This document shows, one piece after another, positions 27,845 to 37,488 of a DNA stretch of 64,000 nucleotides. Position 1 is the stretch's first letter, and the number at the start of each line of letters is the position of its first letter. This stretch comes from Thermoplasmata archaeon (GTDB taxonomy: Archaea; Thermoplasmatota; Thermoplasmata; Lutacidiplasmatales; UBA184): NCBI GenBank assembly GCA_022749995.1, contig JAKIWO010000002.1, positions 42,033-106,032 on the forward strand, read 5' to 3'. Both the position numbers and the translations under genes were made by a program. A model generated the notes under the pieces. The model ran no database searches, had not been told where the DNA came from, and worked only from the letters and a program-made list of their open reading frames with translations.

Positions 27845-28821
27845 ACGGGCCATGCGGCCCGCACTCGACGCCCCCACTCTAGGAGTCGCGCCCCGATCGG
27901 ACGGTGGAACACGGCCCAGACCCAGGTCGGGTAGAGCCAATAGTTGCGTTTGAGCAGCAGGAAGCCGGCGCTCGCCGGGCTGCAGCCGCCGGAGGGGTTT
28001 CCCATCAGTACCCGGCAGTAGACGGCACCGGCGTTGACGAACAGGAACGGCGCAAGGAACAGCACGCTCAGCGCGACGGCGAGCAGTGCCCGCCACCATT
28101 CGCGACGCAGCAGATGGTAGCCCACGACGACGACATTCGCGAACTGCTTGAGGGCGAGCGCCACCGCCTCCGCCCAGGCCGAACCCCTCCCCCGCGGAGG
28201 CGCGAGCGCGAGGCTGAGCGCGAAGAGCGGTACGAAATCGTTCTGGCCGTTCGCTGCCAGCAGCGCGATCCAGGGCATCGCGAGGGCGCTCGCCGCGTAG
28301 GGTTCGCGACGCAACCACAGCACCGATCCGAGCCACGCTGCGACGCAGATCCAGCGGTAGTCGAGGCCGGGTACCGTGAGATAGGTGAGCAGTGGGAGGT
28401 AGACGTAGTAGGTGAATTCGTGATGCGCCACGCCGTAGTTGGAGTAGTCGAAGGAGACCGGTTGCGTGTACAACGCCAGGCCGGCGTGGGCGAAGGCGGG
28501 CGTCGCGTACGCCTCATCCGAGAGCCCGTTCAGCGCGCCGGTCAGCACCGACGCGAGGGCGATCGCGAGCGCGCCCCCGACCAGCGCGGGGAGCACCCAC
28601 CGATGGCTTCGCGACGCCCGTTCTAGCCGCGGGGCGAGACAGACGGTGAGCAGCACCGTCGGAAGGATCGCCGCGACCCCGAGCCGAAAGACGGTGGCGA
28701 GCAGCAGCGGCACCGTCGCGAACGATGCGAGGAGCAGCAGCACCGCGCTCAGGGACGAATCGCTCGCCGGCGGGGAGGTGCGTGCTGCCGGCTCCGGTCC
28801 CGGCCCTATCGCTACCGGCAT
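27841..28821 (-). CDS. Polytopic membrane protein (possibly a GT-C-like glycosyltransferase; function uncertain)
   Basis: 326 aa with about 9 TM helices and an acidic SDEAY in the first predicted loop. A TATA-like ttcaaatt lies about 28 nt upstream of the ATG. Confidence 0.5.
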   Translation of the reverse strand: MPVAIGPGPEPAARTSPPASDSSLSAVLLLLASFATVPLLLATVFRLGVAAILPTVLLTVCLAPRLERASRSHRWVLPALVGGALAIALASVLTGALNGLSDEAYATPAFAHAGLALYTQPVSFDYSNYGVAHHEFTYYVYLPLLTYLTVPGLDYRWICVAAWLGSVLWLRREPYAASALAMPWIALLAANGQNDFVPLFALSLALAPPRGRGSAWAEAVALALKQFANVVVVGYHLLRREWWRALLAVALSVLFLAPFLFVNAGAVYCRVLMGNPSGGCSPASAGFLLLKRNYWLYPTWVWAVFHRPIGARLLEWGRRVRAAWPV

Positions 28822-28964
28822 CCGCGCTTAGGGTGGGGCCGTCCGAATTTGAATCGGAGTCTCTTGCACCCCAAGCAAGAAGGATGGACCAAGCTACCCC
28901 ACGGCCCCACGGGGTGGTCGTTCGAGCCGGCGGGACACTTAACGGTTCAGGCGCGGCGCGCCGG

Positions 28965-29171
28965 CTAGTGATGGATGAGCAGCCAGACGGCCACACCGGC
29001 GGTCCCAATGATGGCGGTGTTGAGCAACGAGAGCCAGAAGAACGACCAGAGCTCGCGGCGCCCTTCTGCAGGCGGGGTGGACGGGTCCGGCAGCGAGCCG
29101 CCCGGGGATCGTGCGTACGGGGTCTGGAAACCGCTCTCGCCCATCGAACGATCGAGCCGTTCCCGGCTCAA
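28965..29171 (-). CDS. Hypothetical 68-aa tail-anchored membrane protein
   Basis: High GC3. It has a single C-terminal TM, LWSFFWLSLLNTAIIGTAGVAVWLLI. It is co-directional with, and 20 nt downstream of, the 226-aa ORF. Confidence 0.35.
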   Translation of the reverse strand: MSRERLDRSMGESGFQTPYARSPGGSLPDPSTPPAEGRRELWSFFWLSLLNTAIIGTAGVAVWLLIHH

Positions 29172-29191
29172 AAGGCGTTCGTTAGAATGGC

Positions 29192-29872
29192 CTAGCCCGC
29201 GAACCAGGGGAGGCGGGCGGCCGGTCCCACCGGCTTGAGCACGAGGAGGTGCAGGTTCGGTCCGGGGTCGCCCGGGGCGTAGCTGTACCGGTGCGCCAGC
29301 TGATAGAGCATCCAGAGCGCTTCCTCGTCGGTGCGCACGCCCAGGGTACCGGGGACGTCGACGTGGAATCGTACCTTGAGGATGCGCAGGAGCTCCTCGA
29401 AGTCCACCGAGCCGGGGTCCCCGCCGGCGGCGGCTGCGCGCAGCATGCCGACCAGCGTGCCCGTGGCCAGCCAGAGCACTTCTTGGCGCCCGACGGTGCC
29501 CTGGTGCCAGTGCGGCTCGCTCTCCGTCCCCTTGGCTGGAAGGACCAGGATCCGCAGACCCGAGGCCGGTGGGCTCATCTTGCCGGCCCGCAGCTGCGCC
29601 CAGGCGGCCTCCGCTTCGGCGACCGTTGTGACTACCAAAATGGAGGCGCCCCCGTCCTCGGCGGTTCCGGGGATCGGTGCGGGAAAGGCGAAGCGAACCT
29701 CAATGGGGCGGGCGGATCCTTGACTCGGCCGAACCCAGAAGGCACCGTGGCTCGACCCGGGGGTCCCTCGTTGCACGCGGTCGTAGCCCAGCCGGCGGAG
29801 CGCTTGCTCCGCGGCGTGCACGGCCTCGGGTTCCGGGGCCTCGGCCCGCGCCTCCTGCGCGCGCTCGACCAT
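29192..29872 (-). CDS. Hypothetical 226-aa soluble protein
   Basis: High GC3, no Cys residues, no recognisable motif. It lies 54 nt downstream of ctaB on the same strand. Confidence 0.45.
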   Translation of the reverse strand: MVERAQEARAEAPEPEAVHAAEQALRRLGYDRVQRGTPGSSHGAFWVRPSQGSARPIEVRFAFPAPIPGTAEDGGASILVVTTVAEAEAAWAQLRAGKMSPPASGLRILVLPAKGTESEPHWHQGTVGRQEVLWLATGTLVGMLRAAAAGGDPGSVDFEELLRILKVRFHVDVPGTLGVRTDEEALWMLYQLAHRYSYAPGDPGPNLHLLVLKPVGPAARLPWFAG

Positions 29873-29926
29873 GGCAGGAGATTCGACGGCGGCCTTCGTG
29901 ATAACCTAGACGTTGGTGGTGAAGGT

Positions 29927-30823
29927 TCAGAAACCCCAACGCAGCCCCGGATGCAACACGTATCCATTGGCCACGAGGAGAATCAGCAGGGCGAGCAGGT
30001 ACGGCCCGGAGAAGACGAATCCGAGTCGTGCCCAGCGGCGGGCGGGGGATCGCCACAGGGGGATCGTAAGCGCCGTGAACAGGACGGCGAGCACCACCAC
30101 GGCGATGGCGACCGCAGGCAGGAGCGGGGCGGTGAACAGCAGCAGCGCACTGGCGGGAACCAGCAGCGCGGCGCTCACCACGACGACCTTCGCGGAGAAG
30201 GCCGGGTCCTCCATGCGCGGCAGCATGGGCAGGCCGGCCCGGCGGTAATCCTCGCGCAGCAACAGCGCGAGGCTCCAGAAGTGCGGCGGGGTCCATAGGA
30301 ACACGACCAGCGCCAACGCGAGCGCCCCCGTCGTCCAGTGTCCTACGGCGGCGGCGCTCCCGGCCAGCGCGGGCGCGCTGCCGGCAGCGCCTCCGAGCAC
30401 GATGTTCCAGCTCGAGCGACGCTTGAGCCACAGCGTGTAGACGACCACGTAGCTGAGCGTGCCCAGGAGGATCGATAGCCCCGTGAGCGGATTGAGCAGC
30501 AGCGCCGCTCCCCCCACGCTCACCGCGGAGAGGGTCAGGCCGACCCCGAGCACTCTCGAGGGGGGATCGATCCGGTGACCCGGCAGCGGCCGGTCCTGGG
30601 TCCGGTGCATCCGCTCATCGAGGTCCCGGTCCAGGTAGTGGTTGAGCATCGCGGCGCCCGCGCTCCCGAGGGCGCCGAGCCCGAGCAACAACAGGAGCGA
30701 GCGGAGGTTCACCGGTCCGCTCAGGGCGACGAAGTAGCCCGCGGCCGCCACGGCGACGATGAGGGCGCTGATGGTCGGCTTGCTCAACTCAATGTAGTCG
30801 GAGAGCCGCGAGCGCGCCGCCAC
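29927..30823 (-). CDS. ctaB: Protoheme IX farnesyltransferase (heme O synthase)
   Basis: UbiA-family motifs NHYLDRDLDERMHRTQDRPLP and DYRRAGLPMLP, with about 9 TM helices. Confidence 0.85.
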   Translation of the reverse strand: MAARSRLSDYIELSKPTISALIVAVAAAGYFVALSGPVNLRSLLLLLGLGALGSAGAAMLNHYLDRDLDERMHRTQDRPLPGHRIDPPSRVLGVGLTLSAVSVGGAALLLNPLTGLSILLGTLSYVVVYTLWLKRRSSWNIVLGGAAGSAPALAGSAAAVGHWTTGALALALVVFLWTPPHFWSLALLLREDYRRAGLPMLPRMEDPAFSAKVVVVSAALLVPASALLLFTAPLLPAVAIAVVVLAVLFTALTIPLWRSPARRWARLGFVFSGPYLLALLILLVANGYVLHPGLRWGF

Positions 30824-30873
30824 GGTCGGCCCTCTCCCCTTGACGGGATAACGCTGGTGTTCTCGACCCGGGA

Positions 30874-31434
30874 CTAGCTCTCGGCCGGCTGCGGGAGCGG
30901 CAGCCGGGAGCGGAACTCCGGCGCCCGGGCGAGTCGCTCCTCGGGCCGTTCTTCACCGGCCTCGAGCGCCCACCGGGTCCAGCGCCGCGGGAGGTAGCGC
31001 AGATTGGCGATGAGCACGAGGACCAGCAGGAGGAGGAAGAGCACCGTGGCCACCGCGAAGTGCAGGAGCACGACCCCGACCGCGAGACCGGTCTCCACGA
31101 CGATCGCCCCGAGCACGGCCTGCAGGACCACCGTGACACCGCACGCGATCGACAGGCGCAGTAGCGCCGGTCGGCGGCGTTCCCAGAGGATCGCCGTCAC
31201 CGTCAGCGCGAGCACCAGGAGGGAGAGCCCAAGCGCTCCCACGCGGTGCATCGATTCCACGCCTGCGGCACCGGTGACCGGGGGCACCACCTGCGTGCCG
31301 AAGCAGGTGGGCCAGGACGGACAGGCCAGCCCCGAGCCGCTCGCCATCACGTTGCCCCCGAGGAGCACCGTGACGTAGCAGGCCCCGAAGGCGAGGGCCG
31401 CCAGCACTCCGAACAGCCGATGCCGGTCCGGCAT
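30874..31434 (-). CDS. ctaA: Short (4-TM) heme A synthase CtaA/COX15-like
   Basis: 186 aa. It has CPSWPTCFG in the first loop, and His residues in TM2 (MHRV) and TM4 (LLHF). It resembles the half-size archaeal CtaA type. Confidence 0.7.
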   Translation of the reverse strand: MPDRHRLFGVLAALAFGACYVTVLLGGNVMASGSGLACPSWPTCFGTQVVPPVTGAAGVESMHRVGALGLSLLVLALTVTAILWERRRPALLRLSIACGVTVVLQAVLGAIVVETGLAVGVVLLHFAVATVLFLLLLVLVLIANLRYLPRRWTRWALEAGEERPEERLARAPEFRSRLPLPQPAES

Positions 31435-31438
31435 CGCG

Positions 31439-33148
31439 CTAGCTTCCCTCGGCCCGCGCCGGTGCGGCGGTCGGCAACGGCACGTTCGGCCGGTGGGGCT
31501 GGGCCGAGGGAGCCGGGATTGGCGTCGGTCCGGTCATCGTGCTCGGCAGCGGTTCGCCCCAGGGGTCGGCTTGGGTCACGGGCGCGCCGCCGTAGTAGGA
31601 GTAGACCATGTTGGCAGCGAAGATGAGCTGCCCGATCCCGAGGATGAAGGCGCCGAGGCTCGAGAGGAGGTTGAGCAACTGGAACTGCTCGGTCGGCAGG
31701 TACGTGTAGACCCGGCGGGGGAGTCCCTCGGCGCCGAGGATGAACCAGGGGAACAGGAGCAGGTTCGCCCCGACGTAGGTCAGCAGGAAGTGCAGCTGGG
31801 CCATCGTCTGGTTGTACCAGCGGCGGGTCCAGATCGGGAAGTAGAAGTAGATCCCCGCGAAGATCGCGAACAGCGTGCCCCCGACGAGGATGTAGTGGAA
31901 GTGGGCCACGACGAAGTACGTCGCGTGGTACAGGTAGTCGATCGGGATCGAGGCGAGCATCAGCCCCGAGAGCCCGCCGATCACGAATCCGGTGATGAAT
32001 CCGAGGCACCACCACATCGGTGTGGCCATCCAGATCCGGCCGCCCCAGAGCGTGGCGATCCAGTTGAACGTCTTCACCGCGCTCGGCACCGCGATCGCCA
32101 TCGTGCTCAGCATGAACACGAACCGGACGTCGGTGCTGAGCCCCGTGACGAACATGTGGTGCTCCCACACGGCGAAGCTGAGTACAGCAAACACCCCGAG
32201 CGCGATCACCATCGCAGCGTAGCCGAAGATGTCCTTGCGGGCCAGCTTCGGTAGGATCGTGGAGATGAGGCCGAACGCCGGCAGCACCATGATGTACACT
32301 TCGGGGTGCGCGAAGAACCAGAACATGTTCTGGTACAGCAGCGCCCCCCCGAGCGGGGTGCCGTTGGTGGCCGCGAGCAGGTGCGTGCCGAGGTTCCGGT
32401 CGGCGAGCACCATGGTGAGCGCGATGGAGAGGGACGGGAGCGCGAACAGGAGCAGGATGGAGTTGATGAACGTCGCCCAGACGAACAGCGGCATGTTCCA
32501 GTAGTGGACACCCGGAGCGCGGTGCTTCGTGACGGTGACGATGAAGTTGATCGCGCCCAGCATCGAAGAGATGGACAGGATGTGCAGCCCGAGCACCCAC
32601 AGGTCGATGCCGTGGGGGTTGTCGACCGGCGACTGCAGCGAGAGCGGCACGTAGCCGGTCCAGCCGGCGGAGGCGTTGGACAGGAGTAGGATGATCCCGG
32701 CCGGCGGGATCATCCAGAACGCGATCGCGTTGATCCGGGGCAGCGCCATCTCCTTGGCGCCGATCATCGAGGGGAGCAGGTAGTTGCCGAACCCGGAGAG
32801 GGTCGGGATGATGAACATGAAGATCATCAGCACCCCGTGCATCGTGAACAGCACCGAGTAGACATCCGGCGTGATCCCGAGCGTCGTCTCGGGCGATAGG
32901 CCGAGACCCTGCACCACGCCCAGGTCGGTGCGGATGACGGTGGCGTAGATGCCGCCGATGAAAAAGAAGGTGAGACCGGTGACGATGTACATGATCCCGA
33001 TCCGCTTGTGGTCGCTCGTGAACAGCCAGAGCTTGGCCACGCGGACGAACCAGGTCCCGCGTTTCGAAAGGAACCACAGCACCAGCGCAGTGCCGACGAC
33101 GACGAGGGCGGCCTCGAGGAGTACGTTGAGGTCGGAGGAGTCGATCAT
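31439..33148 (-). CDS. coxA: Heme-copper oxidase subunit I
   Basis: Contains [18 protein letters not shown] and HHMF, with 12 or more TM helices (569 aa). Confidence 0.9.
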   Translation of the reverse strand: MIDSSDLNVLLEAALVVVGTALVLWFLSKRGTWFVRVAKLWLFTSDHKRIGIMYIVTGLTFFFIGGIYATVIRTDLGVVQGLGLSPETTLGITPDVYSVLFTMHGVLMIFMFIIPTLSGFGNYLLPSMIGAKEMALPRINAIAFWMIPPAGIILLLSNASAGWTGYVPLSLQSPVDNPHGIDLWVLGLHILSISSMLGAINFIVTVTKHRAPGVHYWNMPLFVWATFINSILLLFALPSLSIALTMVLADRNLGTHLLAATNGTPLGGALLYQNMFWFFAHPEVYIMVLPAFGLISTILPKLARKDIFGYAAMVIALGVFAVLSFAVWEHHMFVTGLSTDVRFVFMLSTMAIAVPSAVKTFNWIATLWGGRIWMATPMWWCLGFITGFVIGGLSGLMLASIPIDYLYHATYFVVAHFHYILVGGTLFAIFAGIYFYFPIWTRRWYNQTMAQLHFLLTYVGANLLLFPWFILGAEGLPRRVYTYLPTEQFQLLNLLSSLGAFILGIGQLIFAANMVYSYYGGAPVTQADPWGEPLPSTMTGPTPIPAPSAQPHRPNVPLPTAAPARAEGS

Positions 33149-33155
33149 GGGACCT

Positions 33156-33536
33156 CTAGGCGAGGATTCCCCCGAGCAGGTACGCCAGCAGGAGCACGGC
33201 GCCGATCACCACAGCCACCTTGAGCAGCCGCGCCGCGTCCGCCTCGCCGAGGAGCCGCCCCGGCGTCGGGTGCACACGCCGGCCCTCTGGCCACTCGCGG
33301 TAGGCCCGGTCGACGAGGTGCACCATCAGCGCCCCGAACAGGAACAGCAGCGCGACGGCGAGTCCGAACGACTCCTCGACCCCGGGGCCCAGGATGGTGC
33401 CCAGCGTGAGCACGTACCCCACGAGCAGTCCGATCGCGGCGAGGCACAGGACGGCGACCACGAGATAGGTGTCGAAGACCCGACGTCGCAGCTCGGCGTA
33501 CGCGGCCTCTCGGAGCGGGGCGATCGACTCACTCAA
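33156..33536 (-). CDS. Hypothetical 126-aa membrane protein (about 3 TM) within the oxidase operon
   Basis: High GC3. It overlaps the upstream ORF by 8 nt and ends 7 nt before the coxI start. Confidence 0.45.
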   Translation of the reverse strand: MSESIAPLREAAYAELRRRVFDTYLVVAVLCLAAIGLLVGYVLTLGTILGPGVEESFGLAVALLFLFGALMVHLVDRAYREWPEGRRVHPTPGRLLGEADAARLLKVAVVIGAVLLLAYLLGGILA

Positions 33537-33783
33537 AGAGCTCGACCCTCCGATGCGGTACGCCCCGGAGCCGGTCCACTCGATACAGGATCCCGGTCAG
33601 GAGGAGGAACAGAACGACCGTCACGAACAGTGCGGCCACGAGTGCGGCGAGGTCGAGGAACGACCCGCTCGGGCCGAGCAGCCTCGTAGCGGCCCAGACG
33701 ACGAAGGCGGAACCGACCGTCCCCAGCGTGAGGAGCAGCAGGAGCACGCCCCAGAGCACCCCGGTGCGGTAGCTCTCCGGCAT
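33529..33783 (-). CDS. Hypothetical 84-aa membrane protein (2 TM) within the oxidase operon
   Basis: Its ATG overlaps the cytochrome b stop (TAATG). It has two hydrophobic helices. Confidence 0.4.
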   Translation of the reverse strand: MPESYRTGVLWGVLLLLLTLGTVGSAFVVWAATRLLGPSGSFLDLAALVAALFVTVVLFLLLTGILYRVDRLRGVPHRRVELFE

Positions 33784-35141
33784 TAGTGGCCCCCTGCCCC
33801 GGCCGCCGTCGGGCGCCCCGCGCTGCTCGGCCGCCCGGCGGGTGCCACCGCGTAGATACCGGGAAGACGCAGCGCCCGCTCCCGCGCCTCAAGCCGGGCG
33901 CGATAGCTCGCCCGATACCGCAGATAGAACCAAGACACCACGACGGCGTTCACGGCGACTATCGGTGCGATCCGCAGCGCGACCTGGTCCGGCGGGATGG
34001 CAAGACCCGGGGTGAGCCCGCCCCAGACGGTCATCAGGATGAAGAATCCCATGAGCGAGTTGCCGATGAACAGGAACAGAGGACGGTCACGCGGGTGGGT
34101 GCGCGGGGAACGATCGAGGAACGGCAGCAGCAGGACGTAGAGGATGACCGCCGTGGTGATGCCGATGGCCAGCACCGGCGTGATGCCCTGGAAATCCACC
34201 ATCTTGAACAGCCAGAGGAAGTACCAGTCCGGCTCGGTCACCGCCTGCGGCGCGGCGGTGTTCCCGACGTAGGTCGGCAGCTGCCACGGCCACAGGGCCG
34301 CGATCCCGAACAGCAGCCCGAGGTACAGGAGCGCCCACTTCGTCATGTAGAAGAAGATGTGCGGCCAGAACGGTACACCGCTCTCGTCCTCCTTCGCGGT
34401 GAATCGCCGACGTTGGACGGGGTCGGAGCTGGCCGGAGGTGCAATGCCGTGCGCTTCGAACAGCGAGATGTGGGCGTACAGCAGCGCCCCGAGCGCAAGC
34501 GGCAGGAGCACGACGTGCGCCGCGAACATGCGCGAGAGCAGCCCTTGCCCGGTGCCATCGGCCAGGATGAACGGTCCGAGGAGCGTGCCGAAGGTGGGGA
34601 GCCGCAGCGCCAGCACGAGCCCGACCTGGGTCGCGTTGTAGCTGATCTGAGTGTACGGGAGGATGTAGCCGGTGAACCCCATGCCGAGGGTGGTCAGCAT
34701 GAGGAGCGTGCCGACCATCCAGCTGAACTCGCGCGGCGCCTTGTAGACACCGAGATAGTAGCCCCGGTAGAAGTGGACGATCGCGAGGAAGATCATCGCG
34801 TACGAGCCGTAGAGGTGGCTCGAGAGGAGCAGCGACCCCATCGGCAGCGAGTTCACGATGTAGGAGGTGGAGCACCACGCCGCCGGTGAGCTCGAGAGTT
34901 GACCGGCCACCTGACCGCAGGCGGTGTAGGTCGGGTTCACGCTGGGCTGATAGTACAGGAGCAGCAGCAGCCCCGAGACCACTTGGTACAGGAACGCCGT
35001 GACGACGAAGGCGCCGGTCCAGTAGCTCGGCTTGAAGGTGAACGCCGGCTGCGGGCGGAGCGCCCACTTCGGAATGCCGGCCCGGTCCTCGATGAACCCC
35101 CAGGTGCGGTTGAGGGTCCGGTTGAACCACCGATCGAACAT
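33783..35141 (-). CDS. Cytochrome b (bc-complex analogue, SoxC/SoxG-like)
   Basis: 452 aa and polytopic. His residues lie in helices typical of the cytochrome b N-terminal domain (SSHLYGSY...AIVHFYRGYY; AAHVVLLP...LYAHISL). It is adjacent to the Rieske gene. Confidence 0.8.
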   Translation of the reverse strand: MFDRWFNRTLNRTWGFIEDRAGIPKWALRPQPAFTFKPSYWTGAFVVTAFLYQVVSGLLLLLYYQPSVNPTYTACGQVAGQLSSSPAAWCSTSYIVNSLPMGSLLLSSHLYGSYAMIFLAIVHFYRGYYLGVYKAPREFSWMVGTLLMLTTLGMGFTGYILPYTQISYNATQVGLVLALRLPTFGTLLGPFILADGTGQGLLSRMFAAHVVLLPLALGALLYAHISLFEAHGIAPPASSDPVQRRRFTAKEDESGVPFWPHIFFYMTKWALLYLGLLFGIAALWPWQLPTYVGNTAAPQAVTEPDWYFLWLFKMVDFQGITPVLAIGITTAVILYVLLLPFLDRSPRTHPRDRPLFLFIGNSLMGFFILMTVWGGLTPGLAIPPDQVALRIAPIVAVNAVVVSWFYLRYRASYRARLEARERALRLPGIYAVAPAGRPSSAGRPTAAGAGGH

Positions 35142-35147
35142 CGTCGG

Positions 35148-35957
35148 TTAGCTCGGGAAGAAACAAGCGACGACCGGGGACTGCTTCTGGAGCTGGCTCG
35201 TCGCGCCGACGCCGTAGTCCCCCTGCAGCGTGTCGAAGTGCCCGTTGACCGGGGGACCGACCACGCCGATCGCCGAGAGCGTGTCGTCGCTGGTGTTCCA
35301 GTCGAGCGTGACCTGCGGCAGGGGGAGCACTGCCGGCCCGGTCAGGTTGGAGGCTCCGTTGGTGACGTCGTAAGTGGAGCCGTGGCAGCTGCAGTGGAGG
35401 TAGAACGCGAGCGAGCCGAAGCTCTTCGCGCAGGTACCGGGAGGGTAGTAGGCGATCGCCGGTGCCGGACAGCCCAGGTGCTGGCAGATCGCGGAGAAGG
35501 CGACGATCGACTTCTGCGGTCCGACGCCTCCGACGACGTTGGTCGCGCCCCCCGAACCGCCGGCCGGCGGGGCGAGGTTGAGGAGGAAGTTCGGCTCGTT
35601 CCGCAGCGGGTAGGCGAACGTGTAGACGTCGGGCGTGGTGACGTTGTACTCCTTCATCACTTTCGTCGCGGTCAGCGGCGATCCGTCCAGGTCGAGCAGC
35701 CCGACCTTCGGGTAGCTGCTCAGACCGACGATGGGCGGCTTGCCGACGTACTGGAGCGAGGCCACACCGAGACCACCGGCGCCCACCGCGATCGCGCCGC
35801 CGGCCACGAGCAGCTTAAGTACGTTGCGACGGGTCTCATCGACCTCTTCGCCTCCCGAGGACGCGGAGGCCACCCGCCGCACCTGACCGACCGGCAGCTC
35901 GGCGTAGGCGCGAGCGTGCTCGAGCACCGGACAGCTCGGAGGGCAACCGAAGCTCAT
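35148..35957 (-). CDS. Rieske [2Fe-2S] protein with a twin-arginine signal
   Basis: Cluster motifs CQHLGC and CSCHGSTYD. The Tat motif is TRRNVLKLLVAGGAIAVGAGG. Confidence 0.88.
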   Translation of the reverse strand: MSFGCPPSCPVLEHARAYAELPVGQVRRVASASSGGEEVDETRRNVLKLLVAGGAIAVGAGGLGVASLQYVGKPPIVGLSSYPKVGLLDLDGSPLTATKVMKEYNVTTPDVYTFAYPLRNEPNFLLNLAPPAGGSGGATNVVGGVGPQKSIVAFSAICQHLGCPAPAIAYYPPGTCAKSFGSLAFYLHCSCHGSTYDVTNGASNLTGPAVLPLPQVTLDWNTSDDTLSAIGVVGPPVNGHFDTLQGDYGVGATSQLQKQSPVVACFFPS

Positions 35958-36139
35958 CGGAGGCTCCTCCCCACCGTCATCTCGTGGACATCCTCCGGCT
36001 CGTTCGGGTCCGGGATCGGCGCCGTCCCGGGGAGTTCCGCCTTCTCGCTGCCGTAGAACACGGCCCAGGTGATCGCGATGCCTAGGAGCGTGACCCCCAC
36101 CTCCACGAAAGTGATCGTGTCGTACGCCGAGAGCGTCAT
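35954..36139 (-). CDS. Hypothetical 61-aa single-TM protein
   Basis: Reads MTLSAYDTITFVEVGVTLLGIAITWAVFYG.... It has ATGA overlaps on both sides, with the TatA-like ORF stop and the Rieske start. Confidence 0.4.
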   Translation of the reverse strand: MTLSAYDTITFVEVGVTLLGIAITWAVFYGSEKAELPGTAPIPDPNEPEDVHEMTVGRSLR

Positions 36140-36561
36140 GGGGACGGGCCTGCGGACTCGGTGGAACGGACGCCCGTGGCGGAGGCCGAGGAGGCCCACG
36201 ACCAGCTGCCCGGGCCGAGCGCGGAGACGGCGCAGGCCGTAGCGACCGGCTCCAGGCGCACGGCGACCGAGGTCAACGTGGCGGCCGGAGCCGCGGAGAC
36301 CGCGACGGGCACGGCGCCCGCGTGCGCCATCGGCGCCGGGTCCGTTGCCGTGAGGAGGAATCCCCGGAAGCCCGCGCCGCCGGTCGGAAGGGGGATACCG
36401 GCGTTGGCCGAGAGCTCGCCGAGCAACTCGTTCTTCAGATTCATCGCGCGGCCGTACCACCGACCCAGCGTGCGCAACGTGCCCTTGCCTTGCGGACCGA
36501 GGAGCAGCATCGCTCCCACACCGAGCAGGACGATCCAGTCGACCTCGCTGAAGAGCGCCAG
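36136..36561 (-). CDS. TatA/TatB-like protein (second copy) lacking a canonical start codon for its TM helix
   Basis: The translation LALFSEVDWIVLLGVGAMLLLGPQGKGTLRTLGRWYGRAMNLKNELLGEL gives a TM, a Gly-Pro hinge and an amphipathic helix, as in TatA/B. The first ATG/GTG/TTG (GTG 36519) lies inside the TM. High GC3 continues up to the tatC stop. The 5' end shown assumes CTG 36561. Confidence 0.45.
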   Translation of the reverse strand: MALFSEVDWIVLLGVGAMLLLGPQGKGTLRTLGRWYGRAMNLKNELLGELSANAGIPLPTGGAGFRGFLLTATDPAPMAHAGAVPVAVSAAPAATLTSVAVRLEPVATACAVSALGPGSWSWASSASATGVRSTESAGPSP

Positions 36562-36567
36562 GCTAGT

Positions 36568-37392
36568 TCACCCCGCTCCGATCGGCGCGAGGGTCCGCGC
36601 GCGCCGGGCTTCCCAGCGGGCGGCGAACCACGTTCCCCCCAGGTAGAGCCCCACCATCGGGGTTGCGATGAGCAGCATCGTGATCCCGGAATTGTCCGGC
36701 GTGACCACCATGCCGAAGAACAGCGCCCCAATCACGGCGGCCCGCCAGTGCTGGCGCCAGCTCGCCGCCGGCACGAGCCCCAGCCGGGTCAGGGTGTAGA
36801 TGAAGACCGGCAGCTCGAAGACGACGCCGAAGGCGAGGGAGTACAGGAGCGTGAAGGTCACGAAGTCCTGTACGCCGAGCACGGGGGCGAGGCCCATCGC
36901 CCGGACGTAGTCGAACAGGAACCGGAAGGTGAGCGGCGTGAGCAGGAACAACCCCGCGGAGAAGCCTACCGCGAACAGGAAGGTGGCCGGGATGCCGATC
37001 CGCCGCAGCAGCTCCCGTTCGTTGCGACGGAGCGCCGGGACGAGGAACGCGCCGACCTCGTGGATGATCCACGGCATGCCCACGACGAGGGTCAGCAGGA
37101 TCGCGATCTCGAATTGGGCGACGATCGAGTCGCCCACGCCGACGTTGAGCAGCGTCACGCCCGGCGGGAGCATGTACGCCACGAGCAGCCGGAAGAGCTG
37201 CGCGGTGACGTTGTAGAAGATGTTGGGGTACGGATAGGCGAGCCAGAGCCGATGGCCGGCGAGCACCACGGTGGTGGTGCGGATCTGAAAGGTGACGAGG
37301 AATCCGAGCATTGGTCCGAGGACCAGCGCGATCCGGATCAGCCGACGGCGTAACTCGCCCACCACCTCCAAGACCCGGTCGAGACCGTGCAT
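36568..37392 (-). CDS. tatC: Sec-independent translocase TatC
   Basis: 274 aa with 6 TM. Contains ELRRRLIRIALVL...FLVPALRRNERELL, typical of TatC. Confidence 0.85.
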   Translation of the reverse strand: MHGLDRVLEVVGELRRRLIRIALVLGPMLGFLVTFQIRTTTVVLAGHRLWLAYPYPNIFYNVTAQLFRLLVAYMLPPGVTLLNVGVGDSIVAQFEIAILLTLVVGMPWIIHEVGAFLVPALRRNERELLRRIGIPATFLFAVGFSAGLFLLTPLTFRFLFDYVRAMGLAPVLGVQDFVTFTLLYSLAFGVVFELPVFIYTLTRLGLVPAASWRQHWRAAVIGALFFGMVVTPDNSGITMLLIATPMVGLYLGGTWFAARWEARRARTLAPIGAG

Positions 37393-37488
37393 CGCTCACC
37401 GTCCTCGGACCGCGCGGCCGATGCCGACGGAGGGCCCCACCCCGTCCCGTCGAGAGAACCCCCCCGGGGCCATCGTCGAGGGAAGGGT

